DNA of 57,992 bases, taken from a virus (taxonomy: Duplodnaviria; Caudoviricetes). The notes under the pieces were generated by a model. It was given only the letters and a program-made list of their open reading frames with translations, ran no database searches and was not told the DNA's origin. The DNA lies in IMG/VR virus record IMGVR_UViG_3300031754_000006, positions 1 through 57,992 of that record, one strand, 5' to 3'. The position numbers and the translations under genes were made by a program. Of the stretch, positions 45,079 to 54,050 are shown one piece after another; positions within the stretch are counted from its first letter, which is position 1; the number at the start of each line of letters is the position of its first letter.

Positions 45079-47225
45079 TATGTAAACTCCGTTACGATCG
45101 CATTGCCATTGGCGGCCACCCAGATCGCGTTTATGGCCCCCGTATAGCCGAAGGGCACCTCATAATAGGAGGGCACCGCTCCAGCTGCATTCATGGCCAC
45201 CGTATAGGCCGAGCTAGACGCTGTAGCTCCCATGTTAATATAGGCAATCGACGTGGAACTATTAATGATTGTAGCCCCCTTGCGCGCCGTATTGGAGGCC
45301 AGGATCGCTGTACTAGAAGTGGCGGCAGCCGTGCTCGTAACCGTGCCCGTCGGAGCCCGAATATTGCGAACCCGCAGATAACCGGCCAAATCGACCGAGA
45401 CCAAAACCTGATCGCCTTCGGTATCGGTAGGGTCGGCGGCATTCGCAAGCGCCGGGATCACTCCCACCTGCGTTGCAGCTGGCGCCGCGTTATTATTTGT
45501 CAGGTTGCCAGCCACTGTACGAGTACCAGTCCCGCTATTGGCTGTCACCGTTCCGGTGACTGTAATCGTGGCAGCCGATGCATCGACCCGAAGCGCTCCA
45601 CCTGTAGTCAGTGAGAGCGGCGAAGTCTGGGCAGTCGTATATGTCGGGGCTGCCGTGGTCACAGCGCCGAGCGTAAGGCCACCGCTCTGCCCAGACGTTG
45701 TAGACCCCTGCGCTACCTGTAGCCCAGTGACCGAGGCATTGAGCGCCAAGCTACCCGATGTGCCGATATTGGCTGTGACCGTGCCCGATACTGGCTGCGT
45801 CGTACCGGATGCATCAGTACGCAGAGCCCCCGCCGTTGTCAGTGATAGGGGACTGCTCTGCGCAGTCGTATAGGTGGGCGCAGCCGTTGTGACTGCACCC
45901 AGGACGAGATCACCCTTCTGCCCTGAAGTAGTTGAGCCTTGCGCGATCTGGAGGCCCGTCACGCTGGCATCAAGCGCCAGAGAACCCGATGTCCCTATAT
46001 TAGCAGTGACAGTCCCGCTAACGGGCTGCGTACTGCCTGAGGCATCCGTACGTAATGCCCCCGCAGTCGTAAGGCTTAGAGGCGATGTCTGCGCGGTGGT
46101 GTAAGTTGGTGCAGCGGTAGTCACCGCCCCCTGAATAAGGGGCCCCGTCTCGCCTGAAGTTGTCGATCCCTGGGCGCTGTTGAGTTTGGCGACAGTCGCA
46201 TCTAAGGCAAGCGTGCCTGCCGTACCGATATTCGCCGTCACTGTCCCAGACACAGGCTGCGTCGATGCCGAAGCATCCGTACGCAACGCGCCTGCCGTGG
46301 TGAGAGACAAGGGCGATGTCTGAGCCGTGGTATACGTCGGCGCAGCCGTAGTAACCGCACCCTGCACCAACGGGCCAGTTTCACCTGACGTCGTGGATCC
46401 TTGTGCGCTATTCAGCTTTGCAACCGTCGCGTCCAGCGCCAAGGAACCCGACGTCCCGATATTCGCCGTGACCGTGCCAGATGTGACAGTCACTGCCGGG
46501 CTGTTGGTGACAATGGTGCGCGTATTCCCTGAAAGATCCAGGGAGCTAAGCACCATATCCCCTTCTGTGTAGGTCGGGGCAGCCGCATTAGCGATACCGA
46601 CCAAGGCACCGATGTTATTCGTGCCCGGAGCTGCGGCGTTGTTAGTCTTATTGCCAGTAACGACTCCGCCGCCGCCACCTCCGCCCGACGTGCGCAGGTT
46701 GCCAGCGAGATCCGTAGACAACAGGACCTGATCGCCCTCCGTATACGTAGGAGCTGCCGCATTCGCAATCGCAGGCAGGACACCTAGGTTATTATTACTC
46801 GGAGCGGCGTTGTTATTGGTTAGCGTGCCAGTGACCGCCCCACCACCCCCACCGCCTCCGCTGCCAGGCAGCATGGATGCTGCTGCGGTGGCCACAATGA
46901 ACCCTTGCGCCGTGCCGCTCGTATAAGCAGAAACACGGACCCTGACTTGCTGCACCCCACCCATCACGCTGATACCAATCTCAGTCGCGGAGTTGGGGTT
47001 CGTCAGGATCAGCGATGACGATTGAGTGCCTGTGACATCGATAAACTTAGTTGCTACCCAGGTAGTACCATTGTCGATCGAGGTCTCGGGCGTCAGTGTC
47101 GCAGCGAGCGTGCCGGCAGCAAGATGGAATCCGCAGCCATATCGGCCAGCCAGGATGATATTGACAGTGGCATTAGCAGCCCCGAGGATTCCAGTTGCAC
47201 CGATGAGATTATTGTCGGAGTACAT
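45078..47225 (-). CDS. repeat-rich tail fibre/spike-like protein
   Basis: four 77-aa tandem repeats plus three NNAAP...TEGD repeats; C-terminal ILASNTARKG domain. Confidence 0.75.
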   Translation of the reverse strand: MYSDNNLIGATGILGAANATVNIILAGRYGCGFHLAAGTLAATLTPETSIDNGTTWVATKFIDVTGTQSSSLILTNPNSATEIGISVMGGVQQVRVRVSAYTSGTAQGFIVATAAASMLPGSGGGGGGGAVTGTLTNNNAAPSNNNLGVLPAIANAAAPTYTEGDQVLLSTDLAGNLRTSGGGGGGGVVTGNKTNNAAAPGTNNIGALVGIANAAAPTYTEGDMVLSSLDLSGNTRTIVTNSPAVTVTSGTVTANIGTSGSLALDATVAKLNSAQGSTTSGETGPLVQGAVTTAAPTYTTAQTSPLSLTTAGALRTDASASTQPVSGTVTANIGTAGTLALDATVAKLNSAQGSTTSGETGPLIQGAVTTAAPTYTTAQTSPLSLTTAGALRTDASGSTQPVSGTVTANIGTSGSLALDASVTGLQIAQGSTTSGQKGDLVLGAVTTAAPTYTTAQSSPLSLTTAGALRTDASGTTQPVSGTVTANIGTSGSLALNASVTGLQVAQGSTTSGQSGGLTLGAVTTAAPTYTTAQTSPLSLTTGGALRVDASAATITVTGTVTANSGTGTRTVAGNLTNNNAAPAATQVGVIPALANAADPTDTEGDQVLVSVDLAGYLRVRNIRAPTGTVTSTAAATSSTAILASNTARKGATIINSSTSIAYINMGATASSSAYTVAMNAAGAVPSYYEVPFGYTGAINAIWVAANGNAIVTEFT
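45553..46476 (-). repeat. 4 x 231-bp intragenic tandem repeat (boundaries approximate)
   Basis: equivalent ANIG codons at 46458, 46227, 45996, 45765. Confidence 0.8.
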
Positions 47226-47228
47226 GTA

Positions 47229-47924
47229 TTAGCCCCGACGCCCGAAAGCGCCCTTTCGCATCATGCGCTTGCGGCCCAAGTAATCCGCTAGGCCGCCTTC
47301 TGCGAAGCGCGAGCCCTCTGGGACGCCCTCCTCATAGTTGTAGTTGTCGCTTTCGGTAGACGGATGCACCTCACGTCCCCTAGGCGCCTCGCTCTGCCAA
47401 CCACGATGTACCATGCGCTCTGTCCTGCGCATGCCATCGTTTGCATACCGGCGCTCTTCCTCGAATTCCGGGCGGTCGTCGGCGTCGTCATAACCCCGCT
47501 CACCACGAATCGGGATCGGCGGATCGTCTACCGTGCCGCCGTAAGCGTAATTACTCGCCTGCTGCTCGGGCGGAGGCGGGCGAGGCTGCTTATCTTCATC
47601 GTCAGTGGTCACCCGAGGGCGGTCACGTCGCAGACTAGCAGTCGCGTTTTCGTAATAGTCCTGGTTACGCTCTTGGCGTTCTGACTCGTGCCGCTCTTCG
47701 GGTGATGTTCCGGAGCTGTCTACCTCACCACCATCCGCATAATGGTGCATCCCGCAGCCTGGGCAACGCACCACGCCTCCCATGGCCTTATGATCCACCT
47801 TTTCAGGAAGATCCATTCCCTTAGAAGCGCGGTCGAATTCATGAACCGTATCCGCCGAGATACCCGCACGTCGGGCAGCAGGCGAATGGAAGAAGCGCCG
47901 TTGGGCATCTGAGTGGAATGGCAC
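47229..47924 (-). CDS. hydrophilic protein with MPFxSxAQRR start and A-x-G-G repeats
   Basis: KAMGG, YADGG, YAYGG, FAEGG. Confidence 0.65.
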   Translation of the reverse strand: MPFHSDAQRRFFHSPAARRAGISADTVHEFDRASKGMDLPEKVDHKAMGGVVRCPGCGMHHYADGGEVDSSGTSPEERHESERQERNQDYYENATASLRRDRPRVTTDDEDKQPRPPPPEQQASNYAYGGTVDDPPIPIRGERGYDDADDRPEFEEERRYANDGMRRTERMVHRGWQSEAPRGREVHPSTESDNYNYEEGVPEGSRFAEGGLADYLGRKRMMRKGAFGRRG

Positions 47925-47948
47925 GATATTGCTCCTACTTATAGGGGT

Positions 47949-50309
47949 TCAAGCCCCATGCTCTAAACGGGTATTCACACCCTGTGTGGATGTAGACAAA
48001 CGCTGCCCAAATTCCGTATCCACTTCCCTCGGCATCCCAGGCGTACCTTGCGCTTGTGGCCCCTCGGCCGGCGCATTTGCATAGGTCACCTGCGCTGCTA
48101 GAATCGCCTGCGGCGTCATCGCATGCTCCAGTGGCATTCCCAAGAAGCTCGCTATCCGAAGGCGCAGGGAATAAGGTACAGGTTCCCCTGCCGATACCTT
48201 GGCCGTGAGCTTGTCTAAGACCTGGGCTTGGGCCTGCACATGCAACTTCGGATAGAGCGCCTGGCTTGTCTCCATATGTTCCTGCGTAAGCGTGCCAGCC
48301 GCCAAATGCTGCAGCACCGCCACCGGACCATGCTCCGCAATCTCATGGTGCCTATTATATACCGCTAGCTCCGTTGCACTGGGCTTGAACGGCGGATCGA
48401 ACATGAGCTTTTGTGGCGCCTGCGGCAGCTTAGAGGCTAAATGCTGCACCACCTGCCCAGCGAATTGCGTTGCGGCCTGTGCCGTGGCCGGCGCATGCGT
48501 CTTGAGCGGCGCGAGGTGATTCGATAAGTCCTCTGCAAACTTGTCCAGATTGGAATTGTACGTGTTGATATTGGCCGAGACTTTCGGATAATCGTCCTGC
48601 GTCACAGCCGCTGCTGCATGGCCTGCGATGGCGCCCCCAGCATGGCCGAAGAGGTTGGTTACCCCGTCGGTCAGGGCGTTGCTGTTCCTGGCTGTGAGTG
48701 CAAGCAGCTTCCGCTGTGCAGCCGTGGCCGCCCACCCGATCGCGCCAGCCGAATGCTCCCGAGCTACATGCATTCCGATCGCTGACAGGCCACCGCCGAC
48801 AGCTCCATGCGCCACCGCTCCCGCCAGGCCAGACATGATCTCAGTAAGGGAAGCAAAGTTATTGCCGACATGCCCTAACATCCCTTCTTCAGAGAGCTGC
48901 TGAGCAACCGATCCCACTTGATACCGCCGGTTGGCAGCTTTCCACGCATCGGACGAGAGTCCCGAGTCCTCTAGGCCCTGATTAATGTGGTCGGATAGCA
49001 GCGAGCGGAAATCGTGCAGCGCGTCTTTCATCTTGTTAGCCATCGGGTCTGCCGTCCCCCGTAGGCCGTATATCTCTGCGCTCACCTGCTTCCGAATCTC
49101 GTGCAGATCCTTAAAGCCTAGCGTGTCTTTACCAAACGATCCGGGCTTGCCGTATTTCTCTGCGTAGCCATCCAAGACATCGCCGAAAGATTTAGCCGCA
49201 GCCTGGTCAAGCGGGTTATCCGCCAAGGGCTGCAGGATTTCCTCCCTGGCCCTACCTAGAACGTCCCCAATAGATGGGGGCTTTGACGAGGGCGACGCAT
49301 CGGCAGCGTCTAGAATCCTGCCCATCTCGTCGCCTGCCTCTTCCCGATAGGCTTGGGCGAGGTCATACGTCTTTTCAGGCGTGGACAGCGGGCCCACTAA
49401 TCCCGCATCTCCCATTTCTTGGCCGATCTTGGTCAAATCCTCCTGGCCGATCTGCTTACTCAGCCGGCGGATAATGCCTTTCCTGCCTCCAGGCCCCGCC
49501 GCTGCCTTTAGATTGCGCTCTCCCGCCGTGCGTCCAAGCCAGTCCGCTGCCTTCTCACCCAAACTGTCCGGAATCAGTTCCGCCAACCCTTTGGTAGCTC
49601 CTCCGAGCGCACCCCCAAACAGGGCACCAGTCCCAAGCTCAGAGGCAGCGTGCTCCCAGGTCATCTGCGGGTCACCTAGGAGCGCCTTCTCCGTCACATC
49701 CGGGGCGGCATACGCAGCGCCCTCCACCGCTCCAGCGGCCAGCGTGGGCGCGATACGGCCGATCGCACCAGGCAGCCCCATGCCCTCTACGAGCGCCTTG
49801 GTGCCCTGCCCTGCCTTCGCAATGAGCGCAGGCGCCGTGTACTGCGCCGCACGGCTTAGAAGCCCTGGCGCTGCTTCTGCGGCCTCTGCGGCCCCTGCCT
49901 CCCCGGCTGCCAGCGGCGCATCCGCGCCTCCGGTAGCGATGAGCGGCGCCGCGATGCCTAGGATCGTCCCCGCCCCGTGCGGTACGGGTTGGTACTTTTG
50001 GCGTGCCTCGACTCTCTCTCGGGTCGTGATCCCTGTTGCGACCTCGGCAGGCGTGAAGAGCCCACCCGTGATCGCATTCGCCGCACCCTCTCCAAAGGCA
50101 GCCAGCCCCTGGCCTACGCCCTGCGCGCCCTGCTGCAGGGCCATTTCATGCATCTGCGCAGGGCTGGGCGGCTTAAACCCTTGCTGCATCGCTCGCGGAT
50201 AATCTCCCTCGGGGACGCGGACTAGCTCGCCCTGCGGATTAACCAGCGGCACCATTCCAGCATCAGGGCCAGGAGTTACCGGGGCTGGGGCTTGTGGAGC
50301 GTCAGCCAT
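47949..50309 (-). CDS. internal virion / DNA ejection protein candidate
   Basis: 786 aa Ala/Gly-rich helical protein downstream of nozzle. Confidence 0.6.
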   Translation of the reverse strand: MADAPQAPAPVTPGPDAGMVPLVNPQGELVRVPEGDYPRAMQQGFKPPSPAQMHEMALQQGAQGVGQGLAAFGEGAANAITGGLFTPAEVATGITTRERVEARQKYQPVPHGAGTILGIAAPLIATGGADAPLAAGEAGAAEAAEAAPGLLSRAAQYTAPALIAKAGQGTKALVEGMGLPGAIGRIAPTLAAGAVEGAAYAAPDVTEKALLGDPQMTWEHAASELGTGALFGGALGGATKGLAELIPDSLGEKAADWLGRTAGERNLKAAAGPGGRKGIIRRLSKQIGQEDLTKIGQEMGDAGLVGPLSTPEKTYDLAQAYREEAGDEMGRILDAADASPSSKPPSIGDVLGRAREEILQPLADNPLDQAAAKSFGDVLDGYAEKYGKPGSFGKDTLGFKDLHEIRKQVSAEIYGLRGTADPMANKMKDALHDFRSLLSDHINQGLEDSGLSSDAWKAANRRYQVGSVAQQLSEEGMLGHVGNNFASLTEIMSGLAGAVAHGAVGGGLSAIGMHVAREHSAGAIGWAATAAQRKLLALTARNSNALTDGVTNLFGHAGGAIAGHAAAAVTQDDYPKVSANINTYNSNLDKFAEDLSNHLAPLKTHAPATAQAATQFAGQVVQHLASKLPQAPQKLMFDPPFKPSATELAVYNRHHEIAEHGPVAVLQHLAAGTLTQEHMETSQALYPKLHVQAQAQVLDKLTAKVSAGEPVPYSLRLRIASFLGMPLEHAMTPQAILAAQVTYANAPAEGPQAQGTPGMPREVDTEFGQRLSTSTQGVNTRLEHGA

Positions 50310-51991
50310 TAATTTACCGGGAGCTGCAAAACAGGCATGGCCGAGGGGTGCAGACCCGTGGCTTCGTAAATGCCATTTGTCCGCTCATGCATCAGCCGAC
50401 GGATAGGCTCGAATGACGCCCCACCACGCACAAAGGCATCAAACTTGGACGGCATAACCTTCTCCAAGTTATCGCTCATCTCCTTATCCGGCTGCTTGAG
50501 CCCATGCATCAGGGCCCACTGCTGCACCAAGTCAGAACGGTATTTCGTGTACTGATTCGCCGCATTACTTCCCGGCATCCCTACAGAGCTTTTACGCAGC
50601 GAGTCCAGTTGCCCCAGAATGGCGTTAGCACTCCGGGCAGCAGTCAGCATGGGCGCATATGTGTTCTTATCGTCATTCGTAAACACGAGATAAGGCGTTC
50701 CCCCCGGGCCGATAACCGTGCGATTGGCCTTATCCTGCTGTGCCTCGATCGCAAACTTCAGGGGGTTAGTCGGATCTGAGCCATGCGGCGGGGCAGCGCG
50801 CGAGGGCAAATATCCCTCTTGCATCTGATTGCCCATCACCTGGCCCATCATCCGCTGCGTCCAGCCCATCTGATACCGCTGCCAGTCATTTTGATACTTA
50901 GCGTTAATCAGATTCGAAAAGATATTGTATGCACCCAACTTAAGCTGAGAGCTGTACTGTTCCGCTGCTGCCTTGGCTGCTGGGCCCATCGACCGCTGAG
51001 CCTCTAGGTTTATCTGCCCCGCCAGGGTAGACATCACCACGCCGCGCGCATACTGCGCAGCATCGTTGATATTGTGATACCTCTGGTATCCGTAAGAGAC
51101 TAGGTTCTCCTCCTTGCCCAGCTGTGCCTTCTGCGCGTCGATATCCCGATCGATGTTCCGCTGTAGGAACTGCGCAGCCAGGTTAGGGCCGCCCGTAAGC
51201 CCGGATCCGATACCGCTCAGAATCAGCCCCAACCCCGTAGCGACTTGGGAAGCCGTACTCTTATCGTGCCAAAACTGATTAGGATCTATTTTGGCGTCCT
51301 GCACATTCTGCACATGCTGATCAATAAATGCCTGCGCGCCCTTTAAGTCCTGCTGCCGCTGAGCTTCCATACTCCGCGCCGTATCCAGCGCTTCCTGGAT
51401 ATGCGGGACCGTGCGCTCAGACTGTTCCGCTGCCGTCGCTGCGGCTAGACTCGCTCCCGCTATTCCTTCCTGTAGGCCGCTCGTAACTTGCTTCTGCAGC
51501 GCTCCATAATTCGGAGCTGCAGGCATCGGAGGAAATAATCCCGGCCCTTGGCCTTGTCCCTGCCCAGCTGGCGGTGGAGGCGGCTGCCCGGCATCGGGGG
51601 GCGGCCCTGCCTCTGGTGGCGGAGGCTGCTCAAATGGTGAGGCCGATGCAGCAGGCGCCGCTAACCCGAGCTGGTGCGAAACCGTGTCCAGACTCGGCAT
51701 TGGAGTCTGTACGTCCGCCTGCGGCTGCTCGGTTGCGCTTGGGTCGATTCCAGGCACAGACGGATACTTGAGATCTGCATATTTCAGCGACCGCTCAGAC
51801 TCCGGATCGCCTTCGGCTAACGCCTGCCGCAACGGCTCAGATGGCGTCCCTCCGGCCAAATGCTGGACCTTGGGCAGACTCCTAATCTGCTGATGCGTTG
51901 ACAGTCCAATCGATCCCTTCGGCACGCGCAGGGTTACCCCGCTCGGATGCAGGAGGTGGAACGATTCCTGATCTTCTCCCGCGAGGTGCAT
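50309..51991 (-). CDS. internal virion / DNA ejection protein candidate
   Basis: KIDPNQFW, GLILSGIGSG, IDRDIDAQK; helical. Confidence 0.6.
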   Translation of the reverse strand: MHLAGEDQESFHLLHPSGVTLRVPKGSIGLSTHQQIRSLPKVQHLAGGTPSEPLRQALAEGDPESERSLKYADLKYPSVPGIDPSATEQPQADVQTPMPSLDTVSHQLGLAAPAASASPFEQPPPPEAGPPPDAGQPPPPPAGQGQGQGPGLFPPMPAAPNYGALQKQVTSGLQEGIAGASLAAATAAEQSERTVPHIQEALDTARSMEAQRQQDLKGAQAFIDQHVQNVQDAKIDPNQFWHDKSTASQVATGLGLILSGIGSGLTGGPNLAAQFLQRNIDRDIDAQKAQLGKEENLVSYGYQRYHNINDAAQYARGVVMSTLAGQINLEAQRSMGPAAKAAAEQYSSQLKLGAYNIFSNLINAKYQNDWQRYQMGWTQRMMGQVMGNQMQEGYLPSRAAPPHGSDPTNPLKFAIEAQQDKANRTVIGPGGTPYLVFTNDDKNTYAPMLTAARSANAILGQLDSLRKSSVGMPGSNAANQYTKYRSDLVQQWALMHGLKQPDKEMSDNLEKVMPSKFDAFVRGGASFEPIRRLMHERTNGIYEATGLHPSAMPVLQLPVN

Positions 51992-53655
51992 TAATCCGCC
52001 GCTGAATAGGTGGGTTTTTCAACCCGGGTGATCCGCTTGCGATGCCTATCTGAACCCACTCCGCGCGCCGTCCGGATCTTTGTCCGTTCCTCTTCATCGG
52101 TCTTGACGAGATCCGTCGCCTCTACGATTCCGCCCTCGCTGTAATCCTTGAGCTGGCTAAACTGCTTGCGCTCATTCTCATTCACAGCCGGGCCTTGATG
52201 CGCAGTAAACCAGCCCTTAACCTTATCCACCACGCTGCCCGTGGATGGCTGCGGAGGAGGGGGCGGCGGTGGTGGGGTTGGCGTCTCTCCACCCTCTGCA
52301 TAGCCCCGGGCTCTGATAACTCGGCTGTATCCGCCGCCACTGCGCTGCATCAAGTGTTGCACAAAATCGTGGGACTTCTTGGCTGCATCCGGACTCTGGG
52401 CAATGGACCGAGGAATAACGATTTCCCCGGGGCTAAGCATGGCTGGGACTTTATCGTTTTTCTTCGAGTCCCCCTTAACCGATGCTTCTCCTGGCACCCC
52501 ACCGTCAGCGGTAAAGATGCTGCCTCCATTGGCCATCATAGGAGAGGCTGCCCCTGAACCTGCCAGGTGCATCTGAGCAAACCGATTATATGCGCCGGCA
52601 GGGTTGCCCTGCATCATGGCGTTGCCCATCTGCTCCAGGCCCGCCCCAGCTCGCTGCTGCACCGTGCTCGGGCTCGTCCCATTGCGCATGATGGCCGCAG
52701 GATCCAGCGGCTGGTTAATTCCCAGCATCTTGCTGGAGAGCTGGCCAGCGGCGGGATCTGACCCTGAGCCATACATTGCATTTGGAGGCGGCCCCTGCAG
52801 CTTTCCAGGGCTGATATTCGCAGTGGGCGGCTTGAGATAAGACGAGTCCAGCCCAGCCATATACATATGCAGCGGGGATGTCCCGCCCTGCGGCTGCGGA
52901 TTTATGTCTGGCACAGGCGCATCAGGCGTACCGTCGGCATACCCTGGAATCACGCCACCTGCGGCCTTTCCGAGCCCAGCCGCTGCGCCCGCGCCCTGGA
53001 ATATACCCCCCAGGATACCCGCGCCCGCTGCTGAGTCCTGCGACGAAAGACCCGCCGCGATCTGCTGCGCTCCCAACTGATTCGCTGCATTCTGCGCCGC
53101 TGTCTGCTGATTCAGCTGGTTTTGCTGCCCCTGCAAGCCACCCGCTGTTCCGATAAGACCCGTGGCCGCTTGCTGCCCAGCGATATTCTGCCCTGCCTGC
53201 TGCCCTAGAATCCCACCTAACTGGGACTGCGCTGCCAGCATCTGCTGTGCTCTCAGCGTTGCAGCCTGCCCAGCCGCCTGTTGATTGTTCTCCGCTCCGA
53301 TATTGGCCCCCATCTTGGCAGCCAAAGCCGGATTTATCCCGCGTGTGCTCGCGATCTGCCCCTGCGCCTGGTTGTTATTCGCCGCAGTGGTCTGCTGCAA
53401 CTGCGCCAGGGCCGGATTAGGGCCGCCGCCATTGGCCTGCGCAGTCAGCATCTGTCCCAAGGCGCTTTCTTGATTCTGTATGCCCTGGTTAGCGCCTAAT
53501 CCCTGCGCCGCATAATTCTGCGCTGCGCCGATCGTATTCGCGTACTGCGTCGGGTCAACCTGAAACTTGCTCTGAGGCGCAGCGGCAGCGGCCTGGCCTG
53601 CGTTGTAATTGCCGCTCGCTGCGCCACCGCCTAGCAGACTCACCAGCGGGCCCAT
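51991..53655 (-). CDS. internal virion / pilot protein candidate with DKVPAMLSPGE module
   Basis: Gln/Ala/Gly-rich; several A-x-G-G motifs; GDS..NDKVPAMLSPGEIVIP. Confidence 0.65.
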   Translation of the reverse strand: MGPLVSLLGGGAASGNYNAGQAAAAAPQSKFQVDPTQYANTIGAAQNYAAQGLGANQGIQNQESALGQMLTAQANGGGPNPALAQLQQTTAANNNQAQGQIASTRGINPALAAKMGANIGAENNQQAAGQAATLRAQQMLAAQSQLGGILGQQAGQNIAGQQAATGLIGTAGGLQGQQNQLNQQTAAQNAANQLGAQQIAAGLSSQDSAAGAGILGGIFQGAGAAAGLGKAAGGVIPGYADGTPDAPVPDINPQPQGGTSPLHMYMAGLDSSYLKPPTANISPGKLQGPPPNAMYGSGSDPAAGQLSSKMLGINQPLDPAAIMRNGTSPSTVQQRAGAGLEQMGNAMMQGNPAGAYNRFAQMHLAGSGAASPMMANGGSIFTADGGVPGEASVKGDSKKNDKVPAMLSPGEIVIPRSIAQSPDAAKKSHDFVQHLMQRSGGGYSRVIRARGYAEGGETPTPPPPPPPPQPSTGSVVDKVKGWFTAHQGPAVNENERKQFSQLKDYSEGGIVEATDLVKTDEEERTKIRTARGVGSDRHRKRITRVEKPTYSAAD

Positions 53656-54029
53656 TATGTAACCTCTTTCAGCATCACCCGGAACATTCCATTATCCGTG
53701 AAGCCGAGCCGGCGGGTGATCTTTGTCAGGCTTCTTGACGTCATGGCCGCAATGATGTGCTTAACCCCGTCTTCCTTAGCCCGGTCCGTGAGCCACTGGA
53801 TCGCGTCCTCAATAGCGCGATACCGCGCAAAAAGCGGCGCCTCGGGATTCGTTACGAACAGATCCATATGCGCTACTCCATAGGCGTCCGTTCGATACAG
53901 AAACCCCGCCGCTATTCCAGGCTCGATCGCTCCATATGACGGCACCATTTCAGCAGTCATATCGGTTTGCCCGTGCGCTCTATGCCAAGCGTTGATGGTC
54001 GGTAGGTCGCTTGCGAGGAAATCCCGCAT
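53655..54029 (-). CDS. GNAT-fold tail-assembly protein candidate
   Basis: 124 aa between nozzle and ejection genes; AAGFLY, RLGF. Confidence 0.55.
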   Translation of the reverse strand: MRDFLASDLPTINAWHRAHGQTDMTAEMVPSYGAIEPGIAAGFLYRTDAYGVAHMDLFVTNPEAPLFARYRAIEDAIQWLTDRAKEDGVKHIIAAMTSRSLTKITRRLGFTDNGMFRVMLKEVT

Positions 54030-54050
54030 AACCTACGAGGGATAAGCCCC

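Noticed and set aside
51991-53655. Tape measure protein call from the DKVPAMLSPGE motif
   Set aside because: Only 554 aa, in podovirus-type nozzle/ejection context, with no tail tube or tail chaperone genes.
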